This document shows, one piece after another, positions 1 to 10,031 of a DNA stretch of 43,154 nucleotides. The stretch's first letter is position 1, and each line of letters begins with the position of its first letter. Under the pieces are notes generated by a model. It had not been told where the DNA came from, searched no databases, and saw only the letters and a list, made by a program, of their open reading frames with translations. Source of the stretch: Acaryochloridaceae cyanobacterium VAR_48_metabat_390 (GTDB taxonomy: Bacteria > Cyanobacteriota > Cyanobacteriia > Thermosynechococcales > Thermosynechococcaceae); the NCBI GenBank assembly GCA_031422435.1, contig JANPLU010000082.1, positions 1 to 43,154 on the forward strand. Direction: 5' to 3'. Both the position numbers and the translations under genes were made by a program.

Positions 1-324
1 GTTGTAGAGCCACTCGTCTAAGGATGCGGCTTCCCAGATGGGGTAGAAATGAAGGCCAATGGCGTTAGAAGATGGGACAACTGCGCCAGAGATGATGTTG
101 TTTCCGTACATCAAGGAGCCGGCGACTGGCTCACGGATACCGTCGATGTCGACAGGAGGTGCTGCGATGAAGGCGATGATGAAGCAGATGGTGGCAGCAG
201 CTAGGGTGGGAATCATCAACACGCCGAACCAACCGATGTATAAACGGTTGTCGGTGCTGGTGATCCAGCTACAAAACTTTTCCCATGCGCTGGCGCTTTC
301 GCGTCTTTGCAATACTGTTGTCAT
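1..324 (-). CDS. psbA: Photosystem II D1 protein, 5' part (codons 1-108; runs off window start)
   Basis: Not in the ORF track. Manual minus-strand translation from ATG at 324 gives [40 protein letters not shown]...[54 protein letters not shown]. Confidence 0.99.
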   Translation of the reverse strand, partial: MTTVLQRRESASAWEKFCSWITSTDNRLYIGWFGVLMIPTLAAATICFIIAFIAAPPVDIDGIREPVAGSLMYGNNIISGAVVPSSNAIGLHFYPIWEAASLDEWLYN

Positions 325-394
325 AGTTTTATAAGTGCGGTAAGGGTATGAGATTTATGTATGGAGGAGAAAGAAATTTCTCTTTCCTGAACAA

Positions 395-423
395 ACAATA
401 ACATCTTTGTTACAGATTGTTAA
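395..423 (-). promoter_or_regulatory. Putative psbA sigma70-type promoter overlapping an HLR1 (RpaB)-like direct repeat
   Basis: Minus strand TTAACA-N17-TATTGT with an extended TG. TTAACAAT-CT-GTAACAAA forms an 8-2-8 repeat resembling (G/T)TTACA(T/A)(T/A). Confidence 0.6.
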
Positions 424-468
424 TCTTTTTAGATTTCCTTAAGATTTGATCGGTTTTCCACCCTTTTC

Positions 469-828
<360 letters not shown>

Positions 829-1014
829 TTAAGAGAAGAGGACAACGAACTCTCTCAGAATGTCGTGTTCAGACTCTCCTTGGCAAGGATGCAGGCTTGG
901 GTCATCGGGCTGGTTGAAGTACCATGAGGAGTATTGCAGGCGTGGCGTGTAGCCCATTGTTTTGAGGCTTTACCGCCACCCCCTAAACCTTCAATTCTTA
1001 GGAAAACTTAAACT

Positions 1015-1764
1015 ATGATGCATCCGAGCCTACAGTCAGCATTTACAAATCGCTGCGCCCTCAAAATTATTAGCGGACTCCATAACTTCGATGCAGAGCG
1101 AGTCGCGTCTGTCGTGCGCGCTGCTGATCGTGGGGGTGCAACATTTGTAGACATTGCAGCAGACCCTAAACTCGTGGCGATCGCCAAAGCCAATACCACG
1201 CTCCCCATTTGCGTCTCGGCAGTTGACCCTCAGCTTTTTGTGACGGCAGTAGCAGCAGGTGCAGACCTGATTGAAATTGGCAACTTTGACAGCTTTTATA
1301 GCCAAGGCCGCGTCTTTAGCGCCGCCGAAGTTTTAGAACTCACGCGCCAGACTCGTGCTTTGCTCCCTGAAATCGCGCTCTCAGTGACCGTGCCTCACAC
1401 CCTAGAACTCGATCAGCAGGTTCAGCTTGCAATCGACCTGGTAGAAGCGGGTGCCGACATGATTCAGACCGAAGGCGGCACCAGCAGCCAGCCGACCCAT
1501 CCTGGCGTGCTTGGGCTAATTGAAAAGGCAGCACCTACCCTGGCTGCCGCCTATGAAATTGCGCGCGCTGTGTCTGTTCCGGTACTGTGCGCCTCTGGGT
1601 TGTCTGACGTAACCGCACCAATGGCGATCGCAGCGGGAGCCAGCGGCATCGGGGTTGGCTCTGCGGTCAATCAGCTCAACAGCGAAGTTGCCATGATTGC
1701 GGTAGTGCGTAGCTTGCTAGAAGCAATGACCGTCCAGAAATCTGCTGCGTATCAACCCAGCTAA
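1015..1764 (+). CDS. DUF561 / Ycf23 family TIM-barrel protein
   Basis: LKIISGL-NFD, GGATFVDIAAD, EIGNFDSFY and QTEGG motifs. Confidence 0.9.
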   Translation: MMHPSLQSAFTNRCALKIISGLHNFDAERVASVVRAADRGGATFVDIAADPKLVAIAKANTTLPICVSAVDPQLFVTAVAAGADLIEIGNFDSFYSQGRVFSAAEVLELTRQTRALLPEIALSVTVPHTLELDQQVQLAIDLVEAGADMIQTEGGTSSQPTHPGVLGLIEKAAPTLAAAYEIARAVSVPVLCASGLSDVTAPMAIAAGASGIGVGSAVNQLNSEVAMIAVVRSLLEAMTVQKSAAYQPS

Positions 1765-1780
1765 ACTCGTCCACATCCTC

Positions 1781-1845
1781 GTAGGGGTAGGTTTAGCCAA
1801 ACCCGATTGGCTCTAACCAAAAGGCAACAACAAAACCTACCCTCC
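1781..1845. repeat. GTAG-type REP-like palindrome / possible terminator
   Basis: Begins GTAG. GGGTAGGTTT (1785-1794) pairs with AAACCTACCC (1833-1842), just after the DUF561 stop. Confidence 0.5.
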
Positions 1846-1897
1846 ATTATTCCTCCCCTATTTCTGTTGAACCATCTGGGCAATCGCGGAGGGTTTT

Positions 1898-4444
1898 ATG
1901 AGAGCAGTGCTAATGGCAGGCGGCGAAGGCACACGCCTCAGGCCGCTCACCTGTGATTTGCCGAAGCCCATGGTGCCTATCCTCAATCGGCCCATTGCAG
2001 AACACATCATCCATCTGCTGAAGCGTCACGCCATCATAGATATAATTGCCACACTTTTTTACCTGCCGGACGTCTTTCGGGACTACTTTCAGGATGGGTC
2101 TGACTTTGGCGTCAAAATCACCTACGCCGTTGAAGAAGATCTAGCGCTTGGTACGGCAGGGTGTGTCAAAAACGTTGCGCCACTGCTCAACGATACGTTT
2201 TTGGTCATTAGCGCCGATAGCCTCACTGACTTTGACCTGAGTGCGGCGATCGCCTTTCACCATCAGCGCCAATCCAAAGCCACTCTTGTGCTAACACGGG
2301 TGCCCAACCCAACAGAATTTGGGGTCGTCATAACGGCTAGCGACGGACGCATTCAGCGATTTTTAGAGAAGCCTGCCTCCAGCGAAATTTTTTCAGATAC
2401 CGTCAATACTGGAATCTACATTCTGGAGCCAGACGTACTGAGCTATCTGTCTGCCCAGACCTCGGCAGATTTTTCTATAGACTTATTTCCGCTGCTGCTG
2501 GCACAGGGCTATCCGATGTATGGCTATGTTGCTGAAGGCTACTGGCGAGATATTGGCAGCCTCGACCACTACCGCGAAGCGCAATACGATGCTCTTTACG
2601 GAAAGATTTCTCTCAATATCAACTATCCTCAACCTCAGCATCGCCTTTGGATTGGGGAAAATACGCTCATTGATGCTGAAGCACAAATTTCTCCGCCTGT
2701 TTTGGTGGGCACAAACTGTCGTATTGGCGCACGCGCGATCCTTTCAGCGGGGACGGTGTTGGGCGATAACGTCATCGTCGGGGCAAAAGCCGACTTAGCG
2801 CGCGCTATTATCTGGGGCGGCTCCATCATTGGCGAAGAGGCGCAGCTACGAGCCTGCGTCACCGCGCGAGGCGTAAGGATCGATCGACGGGCGCGGGTGC
2901 AGGATGGAGCCATTATCGGTGCGCGCTCTATGGTTGGCGAAGAAGCGCAGGTTAGCGCTGGGGTGAGGGTTTGGCCCAGTAAACGGATTGAGGCCGGCGC
3001 AACGCTCAATATTAATTTGGTGTGGGGGACAACGGCTCAGCGTCACCTATTTGGGCAAAGAGGAGTGTCTGGTCTGGCTAACGTAGACATCACCGCAGAA
3101 TTTGCCGTGCGGTTAGGAGCTGCTTACGGCTCTACCCTGAGCGCCGGATCTCAGGTGATGGTGTCTCGCGACCAGCGCAGTATGTCCCGAATGGTGTCGC
3201 GATCGCTGGTTTCAGGGTTGATGTCAGTGGGCATTCAGGTGCAGAACTTGGGGGCGATCGCTCTCCCCATCTCCCGCTGTGCCGCTCGTACCCTAGGTGT
3301 CAGTGGCGGCATCCATGCTCGGATCCATCCTGAACGTTTTGATTTCGTTCTGATTGAGTTTTTTGACGATCAGGGGATCAATTTATCGAAAGCGAGAGAG
3401 AAAAAAATCGAAGGGGCATTTTTCAAAGAAGACTTTCGACGGGCAGCGGTTTCTGATATTGGAGACATTACCTACCCCAGTCAAAGCCTAAACGCCTATG
3501 CCTCAAATTTTGAGAAACTGCTCAACATTACCCACAGCAACCCCAAGCCATTCAAGGTAGTAGTGGATTACGTCTATGCTGTGTCGGGTGCTGTACTACC
3601 GCATCTACTCGGGAAGTTTGGCTGCGACGTGGTGGTGCTAAACGCCAGTTTGCGCCAGAGCATTCCCACCCTAGATGAACGAGAAGAACTGCTGGTTCAG
3701 CTTGGCGCAGTGGTCAAGGCGCTCAAGGCCAACCTTGGGGTACAGGTCACTGCCAATGGAGAGCGCTTTATTTTGGTAGATGAAGCAGGCAATGCGATTC
3801 AGGCAGAATCGCTAACGGCGCTCATGGTAGAAATGAGCCTACGCGTTAATCCGCACTCAATTGTGGTGGTGCCAGCCCATGTTTCGAGCGCCGTAGACGA
3901 GATTGCGCGTCGCTACGGTGCCCAAGTGATACGGACAAAACGAAACGCTACGGCATTAATGGAAACCTGCCGCAAAACCTTAGGGGTTGTTTTAGGTGGC
4001 AGTGCCGAAACAGGGTTTATTTTTTCGCAGCTTCACCCAGGGTTTGATGCCATGTTTGCGATCGCCAAGCTCATTGAAACCCTCACGCGCTACTCGCAAC
4101 CCCTCCAAGAACTCATGGCGGGGCTGCCAAACATTCATTATCAGACTCTTGCAGTACGCTGTCCCTGGAACCAAAAAGGGGCGCTGATGCGACATCTGGT
4201 CGAAACCTACCCCATAGAGCAGATTGAGCTAATTGACGGGGTAAAAATTAAGCACGCCTCACTCCCTGACCACTGGATTTTGGTGCTGCCCGATGCCGAC
4301 GAGCCGCTCATTCACCTGATTGGCAACGGTGAAAACCAGGGCTGGATTACACAAATTCTTCAGGAATGCTGCGATCGCATTCAAACCTTTGAGGCACTAG
4401 AAACAGCGATCACCAATGCCGACTCAGACACTGCCGAAATTTAG
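1898..4444 (+). CDS. Mannose-1-phosphate guanylyltransferase / hexapeptide / phosphoglucomutase-like fusion
   Basis: MAGGEGTRLRPLT-PKPM nucleotidyltransferase motif, hexapeptide repeats, then a PGM/PMM-like C-terminal half (LFGQRGVSG, IDGVKI). Confidence 0.92.
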   Translation: MRAVLMAGGEGTRLRPLTCDLPKPMVPILNRPIAEHIIHLLKRHAIIDIIATLFYLPDVFRDYFQDGSDFGVKITYAVEEDLALGTAGCVKNVAPLLNDTFLVISADSLTDFDLSAAIAFHHQRQSKATLVLTRVPNPTEFGVVITASDGRIQRFLEKPASSEIFSDTVNTGIYILEPDVLSYLSAQTSADFSIDLFPLLLAQGYPMYGYVAEGYWRDIGSLDHYREAQYDALYGKISLNINYPQPQHRLWIGENTLIDAEAQISPPVLVGTNCRIGARAILSAGTVLGDNVIVGAKADLARAIIWGGSIIGEEAQLRACVTARGVRIDRRARVQDGAIIGARSMVGEEAQVSAGVRVWPSKRIEAGATLNINLVWGTTAQRHLFGQRGVSGLANVDITAEFAVRLGAAYGSTLSAGSQVMVSRDQRSMSRMVSRSLVSGLMSVGIQVQNLGAIALPISRCAARTLGVSGGIHARIHPERFDFVLIEFFDDQGINLSKAREKKIEGAFFKEDFRRAAVSDIGDITYPSQSLNAYASNFEKLLNITHSNPKPFKVVVDYVYAVSGAVLPHLLGKFGCDVVVLNASLRQSIPTLDEREELLVQLGAVVKALKANLGVQVTANGERFILVDEAGNAIQAESLTALMVEMSLRVNPHSIVVVPAHVSSAVDEIARRYGAQVIRTKRNATALMETCRKTLGVVLGGSAETGFIFSQLHPGFDAMFAIAKLIETLTRYSQPLQELMAGLPNIHYQTLAVRCPWNQKGALMRHLVETYPIEQIELIDGVKIKHASLPDHWILVLPDADEPLIHLIGNGENQGWITQILQECCDRIQTFEALETAITNADSDTAEI

Positions 4445-4446
4445 AC

Positions 4447-5241
4447 CTAAATGTTGTAAACATTTTTCAGCGACAGCCAATTTTCATCTTCCGATGGGTT
4501 TTCGCTGGGCGCTTGCCAATATAGCATCGGCAAACTTTTGAAGGCTTCTTTCACAGACTGCTCCCAAGACTTACGAATGCTCTCCAGATACGGATCGCCC
4601 TTGAGCAGCTTACGGCGATACTGAATTTTGAGAGAATCCGCTTCGTACATCACAATATTGATGGGTGGCCCCACCGAAATATTAGACTTCATGGTGGAGT
4701 CTAAGGAAAGCAGCGCACACTTTGCCGCTTCTTCTAAGCCAGTCGTATGGTACTGAATTACTCGGTCTAAAATCGGCTTGCCGTACTTAATTTCACCCAC
4801 TTGAAGATAGGGCGTTTCTTTGGTGGCGCGCAGGAAGTTGCCTTGGCTATAGACCATATACAGTTCAGGTGCCTCACCCTTAACCTGTCCGCCAATTAAA
4901 AACGTGCATCCGGCGTCAATGCCGTCTTTTTTAAGCCAGACGCGATGTTCATCCAGCACCTGACGGGTTAGGTTGCCAATGTATTGCGCAACCTTGTAAA
5001 GCGTGGGAAGGGTATTGATATTGTCTGCCGCCCCTTGCTTTATATCCTGCGCCACCAGCGTTAGAATGTTTTGCGTCATGGACAGGTTCCCAGCGGTACT
5101 CATCAAAATGACGCGTTCTCCAGGCACCGAAAAGTCAAACAGCTTTTGTGAAATAGACACGTGGTCTACCCCCGCATTGGTGCGGGAGTCGGCTGCCATT
5201 ACTAGGCCAGCCTGGGTCAGAATTGCAAGGCAATAGGTCAT
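4447..5241 (-). CDS. Proteasome-type (Anbu) Ntn protease
   Basis: N-terminal MTYC (Thr nucleophile), ADSRTNAGVD, GE-KYGKPILDR, DSTMKSN-SVGPP. Confidence 0.92.
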   Translation of the reverse strand: MTYCLAILTQAGLVMAADSRTNAGVDHVSISQKLFDFSVPGERVILMSTAGNLSMTQNILTLVAQDIKQGAADNINTLPTLYKVAQYIGNLTRQVLDEHRVWLKKDGIDAGCTFLIGGQVKGEAPELYMVYSQGNFLRATKETPYLQVGEIKYGKPILDRVIQYHTTGLEEAAKCALLSLDSTMKSNISVGPPINIVMYEADSLKIQYRRKLLKGDPYLESIRKSWEQSVKEAFKSLPMLYWQAPSENPSEDENWLSLKNVYNI

Positions 5242-5347
5242 CGCGCAGGCTCTTTTGGGCAGGCTCTATTGTATGATGCTCACTCTTTGGACGCAATCGT
5301 TTGAGCTGGCTGCTTTGACTAAATCACAAAAATCATAGGGCCATCGG

Positions 5348-5376
5348 TTGACAAGCCCCTCTACTTCCGAGATACT
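5348..5376 (+). promoter_or_regulatory. Putative tRNA-Gly promoter
   Basis: TTGACA (5348-5353)-N17-GATACT (5371-5376), about 20 nt upstream of the tRNA. Confidence 0.6.
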
Positions 5377-5395
5377 AGTTAAGTACCAAATCAGT

Positions 5396-5467
5396 GCGGG
5401 CATAGCTCAGTGGTAGAGCGTCACCTTGCCAAGGTGAATGTCGCGCGTTCGAATCGCGTTGCCCGCT
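5396..5467 (+). tRNA. trnG: tRNA-Gly (anticodon GCC), CCA not encoded
   Basis: Acceptor stem GCGGGCA/TGCCCGC, D arm AGCTCAGTGGTAGAGC, anticodon arm TCACC-TTGCCAA-GGTGA, T loop GTTCGAATC. Confidence 0.98.
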
Positions 5468-5544
5468 TTCTTTAAAAATACTTGCAGGTTAAGCTGAACT
5501 GAGAGATGCGTTGATCTTGAAGTATTTTCGCTGGCTTAATCACC

Positions 5545-6318
5545 ATGGCTATTACCATTCATCAACTCAAGCAGTGGAAGCAAGATGCACGGCCTATCGT
5601 GGCGCTTACAGCTTGGGATTACCTGTTCGCCAAAACCTTAGATCAGGCGGGTGTGGATGTAATTTTGGTCGGTGATTCTTTGGCGATGGTGGCGTTAGGC
5701 TATGAAACGACGCTACCGCTGACCTTAGAAGAAATGCTGCACCATGCCAAGGCGGTTTCTCGCGGTGTTTCAAAAGCTTTGTTGGTGTGTGACTTACCGT
5801 TTCTGAGTTATCAAGAGAGTGTGCAGCAGGCGTTTAACACCGCAGGACGCTTTCTCAAAGAGACGGGTGCTCAGGCGGTGAAGTTAGAGGGTGGCTACCC
5901 TGCTATGGCGCAAACGGTAAAGTTTTTGACCCAGCGGGGCATCCCTGTGATGGGGCACATTGGCTTAACGCCGCAGTCTGTCCATCAGTTTGGTGGCTAT
6001 CGCAAACAGGGGAAAGATGAGCAGAACGCTGAACGGATTTTAGAAGAGGCGATCGCCCTAGAAGCAGCCGGAGCCTTTGCGATCGTGCTAGAGCATATCC
6101 CTGATGAACTGGCTGCGGCCATTACCCAAAAGCTCACCATCCCCACCATTGGCATTGGTGCAGGACCAGACTGCGATGGACAAATTTTAGTTACCGCCGA
6201 TTTACTCGGACTCTCAGACTGGCAGCCAACATTTGCGCGTTCTTACGCCAATCTTCGACAAAGCGTGACCGATGCGGTGCAGGCATTTAGCAATGAAGTC
6301 CGTACCCGCAAATACTGA
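5545..6318 (+). CDS. panB: 3-methyl-2-oxobutanoate hydroxymethyltransferase
   Basis: [35 protein letters not shown] motifs. Confidence 0.97.
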   Translation: MAITIHQLKQWKQDARPIVALTAWDYLFAKTLDQAGVDVILVGDSLAMVALGYETTLPLTLEEMLHHAKAVSRGVSKALLVCDLPFLSYQESVQQAFNTAGRFLKETGAQAVKLEGGYPAMAQTVKFLTQRGIPVMGHIGLTPQSVHQFGGYRKQGKDEQNAERILEEAIALEAAGAFAIVLEHIPDELAAAITQKLTIPTIGIGAGPDCDGQILVTADLLGLSDWQPTFARSYANLRQSVTDAVQAFSNEVRTRKY

Positions 6319-6395
6319 AGATTCCTCAGCTATTTTTTCTATTCTTCATGCTGCTTAATGTCCTCCTCGCCTTCTTTTGCCATTCTAGAAACAAA

Positions 6396-7051
6396 GCTCA
6401 CCACTTGCGCGAATTGCAGTTCATTCTAGAGCGCTCTGGGCAATGATGGGCTTATCAGCTTCTACTGCTGACAACGATTTTGTGCCAAGTCCAGACCGCC
6501 TCAGCGCCTGAGCAATATCATGCCTTTGAAGCGCAACATGCCGCAATTTTAAAGCAAGGATTTAAGGCCAATCCGATACCCATTCCTCTGGCGGATGTCT
6601 TTAGAATAAGAGGGCGTCCTAAGCGCTCTGTTCCCCACCACCTTTTGGAGCGGCTACGCCCTCAACAAGCTGCCGTGCTCGGTTTTATGGATGACTTTAA
6701 GGTGCCCTTCGATAACAACCAAGCCGAACGCGATCTACGCATAGTAAAACTCAAGCAGAAAATTTCTGGGTGCTTCCGCTCTGATGACAGGGGTGAGATG
6801 CTTTGTCGCATTCGGGGCTACGAGATCGACCTTACGCAAGAAAGACCGCAATCTCTTGAATTCGCTCATTGGCTTATTTTCGGGAAATTCCGACTCTCTC
6901 ATCCCTAGTTCTATAGGATTCCGTATGCAAATGTTTATGAAAAACATTTTGGAACTATATGAAAGGGCTGAAAGCCTTAAAAACACGTTTAAGCTCAGCA
7001 AACTAGCATGGTGAATCCTGAAGAGCCTCATCTCTCATCCTAAGTAGTTAC
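6396..7051 (+). mobile_element. IS66-family remnant (3' part of transposase pseudogene plus right end)
   Basis: AHHLRELQF from 6396; in-frame TGA at 6444; [26 protein letters not shown]; +1 frameshift near 6822 continuing STLRK; terminal CCTAAGTAGTTAC (7039-7051) matches IS66-type GTAAC... ends. Confidence 0.85.
6907..7027. mobile_element. 121-bp MITE, ISL3-like, nested in the IS66 end
   Basis: Imperfect terminal IR AGTTCTATAGGATTC vs reverse complement GGCTCTTCAGGATTC; 8-bp flanks TCATCCCT (6899-6906) / TCATCTCT (7028-7035). Confidence 0.65.
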
Positions 7052-7074
7052 CTTAATTCATTGATAGAGGACTT

Positions 7075-8517
7075 ATGGATTTTTTATCGAATACCGTTGC
7101 ACTGTCTCGAATGCAGTTTGCACTGACCGCTATTTTTCATATGCTCTGGCCTGTTCTGACCACAGGCATGTCAATCTACTTGGTCATTGTGGAAGGGCTG
7201 TGGCTAAAAACCCGTAACCCAGATTACTACCGTCATGCCCGCTTTTGGTCAAAACTCTATGTCCTCAACTTTGGCATTGGCGTTGCCTCCGGTTTGCCGA
7301 TGGAGTTTCAATTTGGTACCAACTGGGCACCCTTTTCCGAAGCCGTGGGGGACTTCTTTGGCAGCATTCTCGGCTTTGAAGGCGCAATGGCCTTCATGCT
7401 AGAAGCCGGATTTTTGGGCATTATGCTCTTTGGCTGGGGACGGGTGCATCCAGTGATCCACTATCTCGCCACTATCATGGTGTCCTTTGGTGCAAATCTC
7501 TCCACCTTCTGGATTTTAGTCGCCAATTCCTGGCTGCAAACCCCAGCGGGGGGCGAGATGGTCAACGGTAAGTTTATTGTCAGTGACTACTTTCAGGCCA
7601 TCGGGAATCCGTTCATGCTCAAGAGCGTGTCCCATATGTTTTTCGCCACCCTGGAAACCTCCTTATTTGTAATTGGCGGCATTAGCGCCTGGTATATCCT
7701 CAACAACCGTCATCAGGCGTTCTTTAGCCAGTCACTCAAGATTGTTTTGGCAGCTGCGATCGCCGTGACCCCGCTGCAAATCTATATCGGACACCTCAGC
7801 GCCGAGCAGGTGGCGCAATACCAGCCCACAAAACTCGCGGCAATGGAAGCCAAGTGGGACACCAGCCCCGCCGGACAGCCTGCTGACTGGAGCCTATTGG
7901 CCTTGCCCAATGAGACTGAGCAAAAAAACACCTTTGAGGTCACGATTCCCAACGGGTTGGGCTATGTACTGAACTTCCAGAAAAATCTAAGAGAACCCGT
8001 CCTGGGGTTGAAAGAATGGGCACCTGGCGATCGCCCTCGAATGGTAGGACTCATTTACTATTCCTTCCGCATCATGAGCGGCATCGGCTTCTTTCTGGCT
8101 GGATTAATGCTCTGGAGCGTATTGCAGTGGGTTATGGGAAACCTCTCCCCAGAAAAAATTACCCAACAAAAGGGGCTTCTGCGCACCTGGATTTTTGCAG
8201 CACCCTTGGGCTACATCGCTGTTGAATCGGGCTGGATTGTCCGCTGCGTGGGTCGTCAACCCTGGGCGATGTATGGGCAAATCCGCACCGCTGATGCTGC
8301 GTCCCATCTGCCAGCCAGCAATGTATTGACGTCTCTGAGTCTATTTGCAATTGTGTACTCTATCTTATTGGTTGCGACTCTGTACTTTGGGAGCCGCATT
8401 ATCCGCCACGGCCCAAACCTTGACCTACCGATTCCTGGACTCGATGACCAACCCGCCATGGAAACCGAACCCGCGACCTTTGTTCCCGATCAGCGTCCCG
8501 TAGAAGCACAGCAGTAG
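7075..8517 (+). CDS. cydA: Cytochrome bd-type quinol oxidase subunit I
   Basis: R-QFA-TA-FH, GV-SG-MEFQFGTNW, ANSWLQTP, PTKLAAME, GRQPW; short Q-loop. Confidence 0.97.
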   Translation: MDFLSNTVALSRMQFALTAIFHMLWPVLTTGMSIYLVIVEGLWLKTRNPDYYRHARFWSKLYVLNFGIGVASGLPMEFQFGTNWAPFSEAVGDFFGSILGFEGAMAFMLEAGFLGIMLFGWGRVHPVIHYLATIMVSFGANLSTFWILVANSWLQTPAGGEMVNGKFIVSDYFQAIGNPFMLKSVSHMFFATLETSLFVIGGISAWYILNNRHQAFFSQSLKIVLAAAIAVTPLQIYIGHLSAEQVAQYQPTKLAAMEAKWDTSPAGQPADWSLLALPNETEQKNTFEVTIPNGLGYVLNFQKNLREPVLGLKEWAPGDRPRMVGLIYYSFRIMSGIGFFLAGLMLWSVLQWVMGNLSPEKITQQKGLLRTWIFAAPLGYIAVESGWIVRCVGRQPWAMYGQIRTADAASHLPASNVLTSLSLFAIVYSILLVATLYFGSRIIRHGPNLDLPIPGLDDQPAMETEPATFVPDQRPVEAQQ

Positions 8518-8526
8518 GTCGAACGT

Positions 8527-9540
8527 ATGGAAGCTTTACGCTATTTTTTGCCTCAAGTTTGGTTTGTGATTCTCGCATTGTTTTTGTTTCTCTACGTCAT
8601 GCTCGATGGCTTTGATTTAGGGGTTGGCATTCTTTCGCTGACGAGTTCTGACGAAGACCGCCGCAGTATGCTGATGACCAGTTTAGGAAACATTTGGGAT
8701 GCTAATGAAACCTGGCTGGTGTTGATGGGGGGTGCTTTATTTGGTGCATTCCCCCTGGCCTACGGCACCATCCTAAGCGCCCTGTACATTCCCATCTTCA
8801 TGATGATTTTTGGGCTAATTTTTCGGGCAGTGGCCTTTGAATTTCGAGAGCATTCCAATCGCAAGGCAGTTTGGAACTTTGCCTTCGGAGCGGGCAGCTT
8901 TATGGCAGCGTTGGGACAGGGCTTTGCGCTGGGCAGCGTGATTGAAGGCATTGCGGTAGATGAAGCTGGTCACTTCATTGGCTCCACCTGGGACTGGCTG
9001 GACTGGCGATCTCTTTTAGTCGCCCTTACCCTCATTCAGGGCTATGTCCTGATTGGTTCTACTTATCTAATTTTGAAAACCGAAGGGGAACTGCAAAAAA
9101 CGCACTACCGCACCGCAAAACTCGCTGCCGTTACCACCTCAATTGGGGCAGTTTTGATCACCATTGCAACGCCTGTTTTTTATGAAGCAGCGCGCACTCG
9201 GCTGTTTAGCCCCCCGTTAGTGTACGTCTTTGCTCTCATTCCGGTATTGGGATTAGGGCTAGTGTGGCTGCTGCTGCAAAGTCTCAATCAAGAGGAAGAA
9301 GTCACTCCGTTTATCTGGACGATTTTGATTTTCTTACTCACCTTTATTGGACTAGGTTTGATTGTGTTTCCGTACATTATTCCTACCCAAATCACTATCT
9401 ATCAGGCGGCTGCGGCACCGAGTGCTCTGGTGTTTATGCTCACCTTTATTGGGGTTCTAATTCCGATCATGCTGTTCTACAACATCTATAACTACGTGGT
9501 GTTTCGCGGCAAAGTGGTGGGGGAGGCCTATAGCAAGTAA
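8527..9540 (+). CDS. cydB: Cytochrome bd-type quinol oxidase subunit II
   Basis: LDGFDLGVG, WDANETWLV-GG-LF-AFP, FRAVAFEFR, YVVFRGKV; 9 bp after cydA. Confidence 0.97.
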   Translation: MEALRYFLPQVWFVILALFLFLYVMLDGFDLGVGILSLTSSDEDRRSMLMTSLGNIWDANETWLVLMGGALFGAFPLAYGTILSALYIPIFMMIFGLIFRAVAFEFREHSNRKAVWNFAFGAGSFMAALGQGFALGSVIEGIAVDEAGHFIGSTWDWLDWRSLLVALTLIQGYVLIGSTYLILKTEGELQKTHYRTAKLAAVTTSIGAVLITIATPVFYEAARTRLFSPPLVYVFALIPVLGLGLVWLLLQSLNQEEEVTPFIWTILIFLLTFIGLGLIVFPYIIPTQITIYQAAAAPSALVFMLTFIGVLIPIMLFYNIYNYVVFRGKVVGEAYSK

Positions 9541-10031
9541 GCGATTCCGTCCTAAATATAGTACAGATTTAAACTTGCGAATCTCTAAATACAAGGCTTC
9601 CAGAATTCTCTTTGCACGTTTTGGGAGCCGTAATCGCCATACTAGATTTCCTGATTTTAACCTGACCCTTCAAAAGTTTCCGATTAAGGTCAAGGGCGGC
9701 AGTGGGGCATGATCGAGGGTTATTGGATTAGTACAAGTAAGCTAACAAGTTGATCAAGCAGACGAGTAATAAATTTTGGTGAGGTTTGGGTTTGGGGAGA
9801 AGTGGAACGTTAAAGGCATTTAAGGCTAAAGATTTATCCTCAGTCCGTGACACATTAAATCATCGTTCTGCCTCGGCAAGGGTTTTAACCGCTTCTGTGA
9901 TGGCGACTGTAATAGGAGTAATCGTGCAGAGTTGCACCTACATCGTCGAAATCTGACAGCGGCCTGAAAACTGCATTAGCACGACAGTAGAAGCAAGATA
10001 AAATAGAACCCGTCCTTGCTGGTTCCCCATC

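Noticed and set aside
59..334. 91-aa plus-strand ORF
   Set aside because: Antisense shadow of psbA.
5396..5467. tRNA-Gly as an island attachment site
   Set aside because: No integrase and no duplicated tRNA 3' end noticed; followed directly by panB.
6480..7031. Three short ORFs treated as genes
   Set aside because: Fragments or shadows of the IS66 pseudogene and the nested MITE.
9541..10031. Possible riboswitch, sRNA, cydX-type small gene or TAGTA..TACTA-bounded element in the long intergenic region
   Set aside because: ATCGTTC lacks the GGAAGTA/GAAGGAACG of the glnA motif; GCGACTGTAA lacks the rest of a cobalamin element; no hydrophobic small ORF was seen; the inverted repeat is too short. 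An Rfam scan would be decisive.
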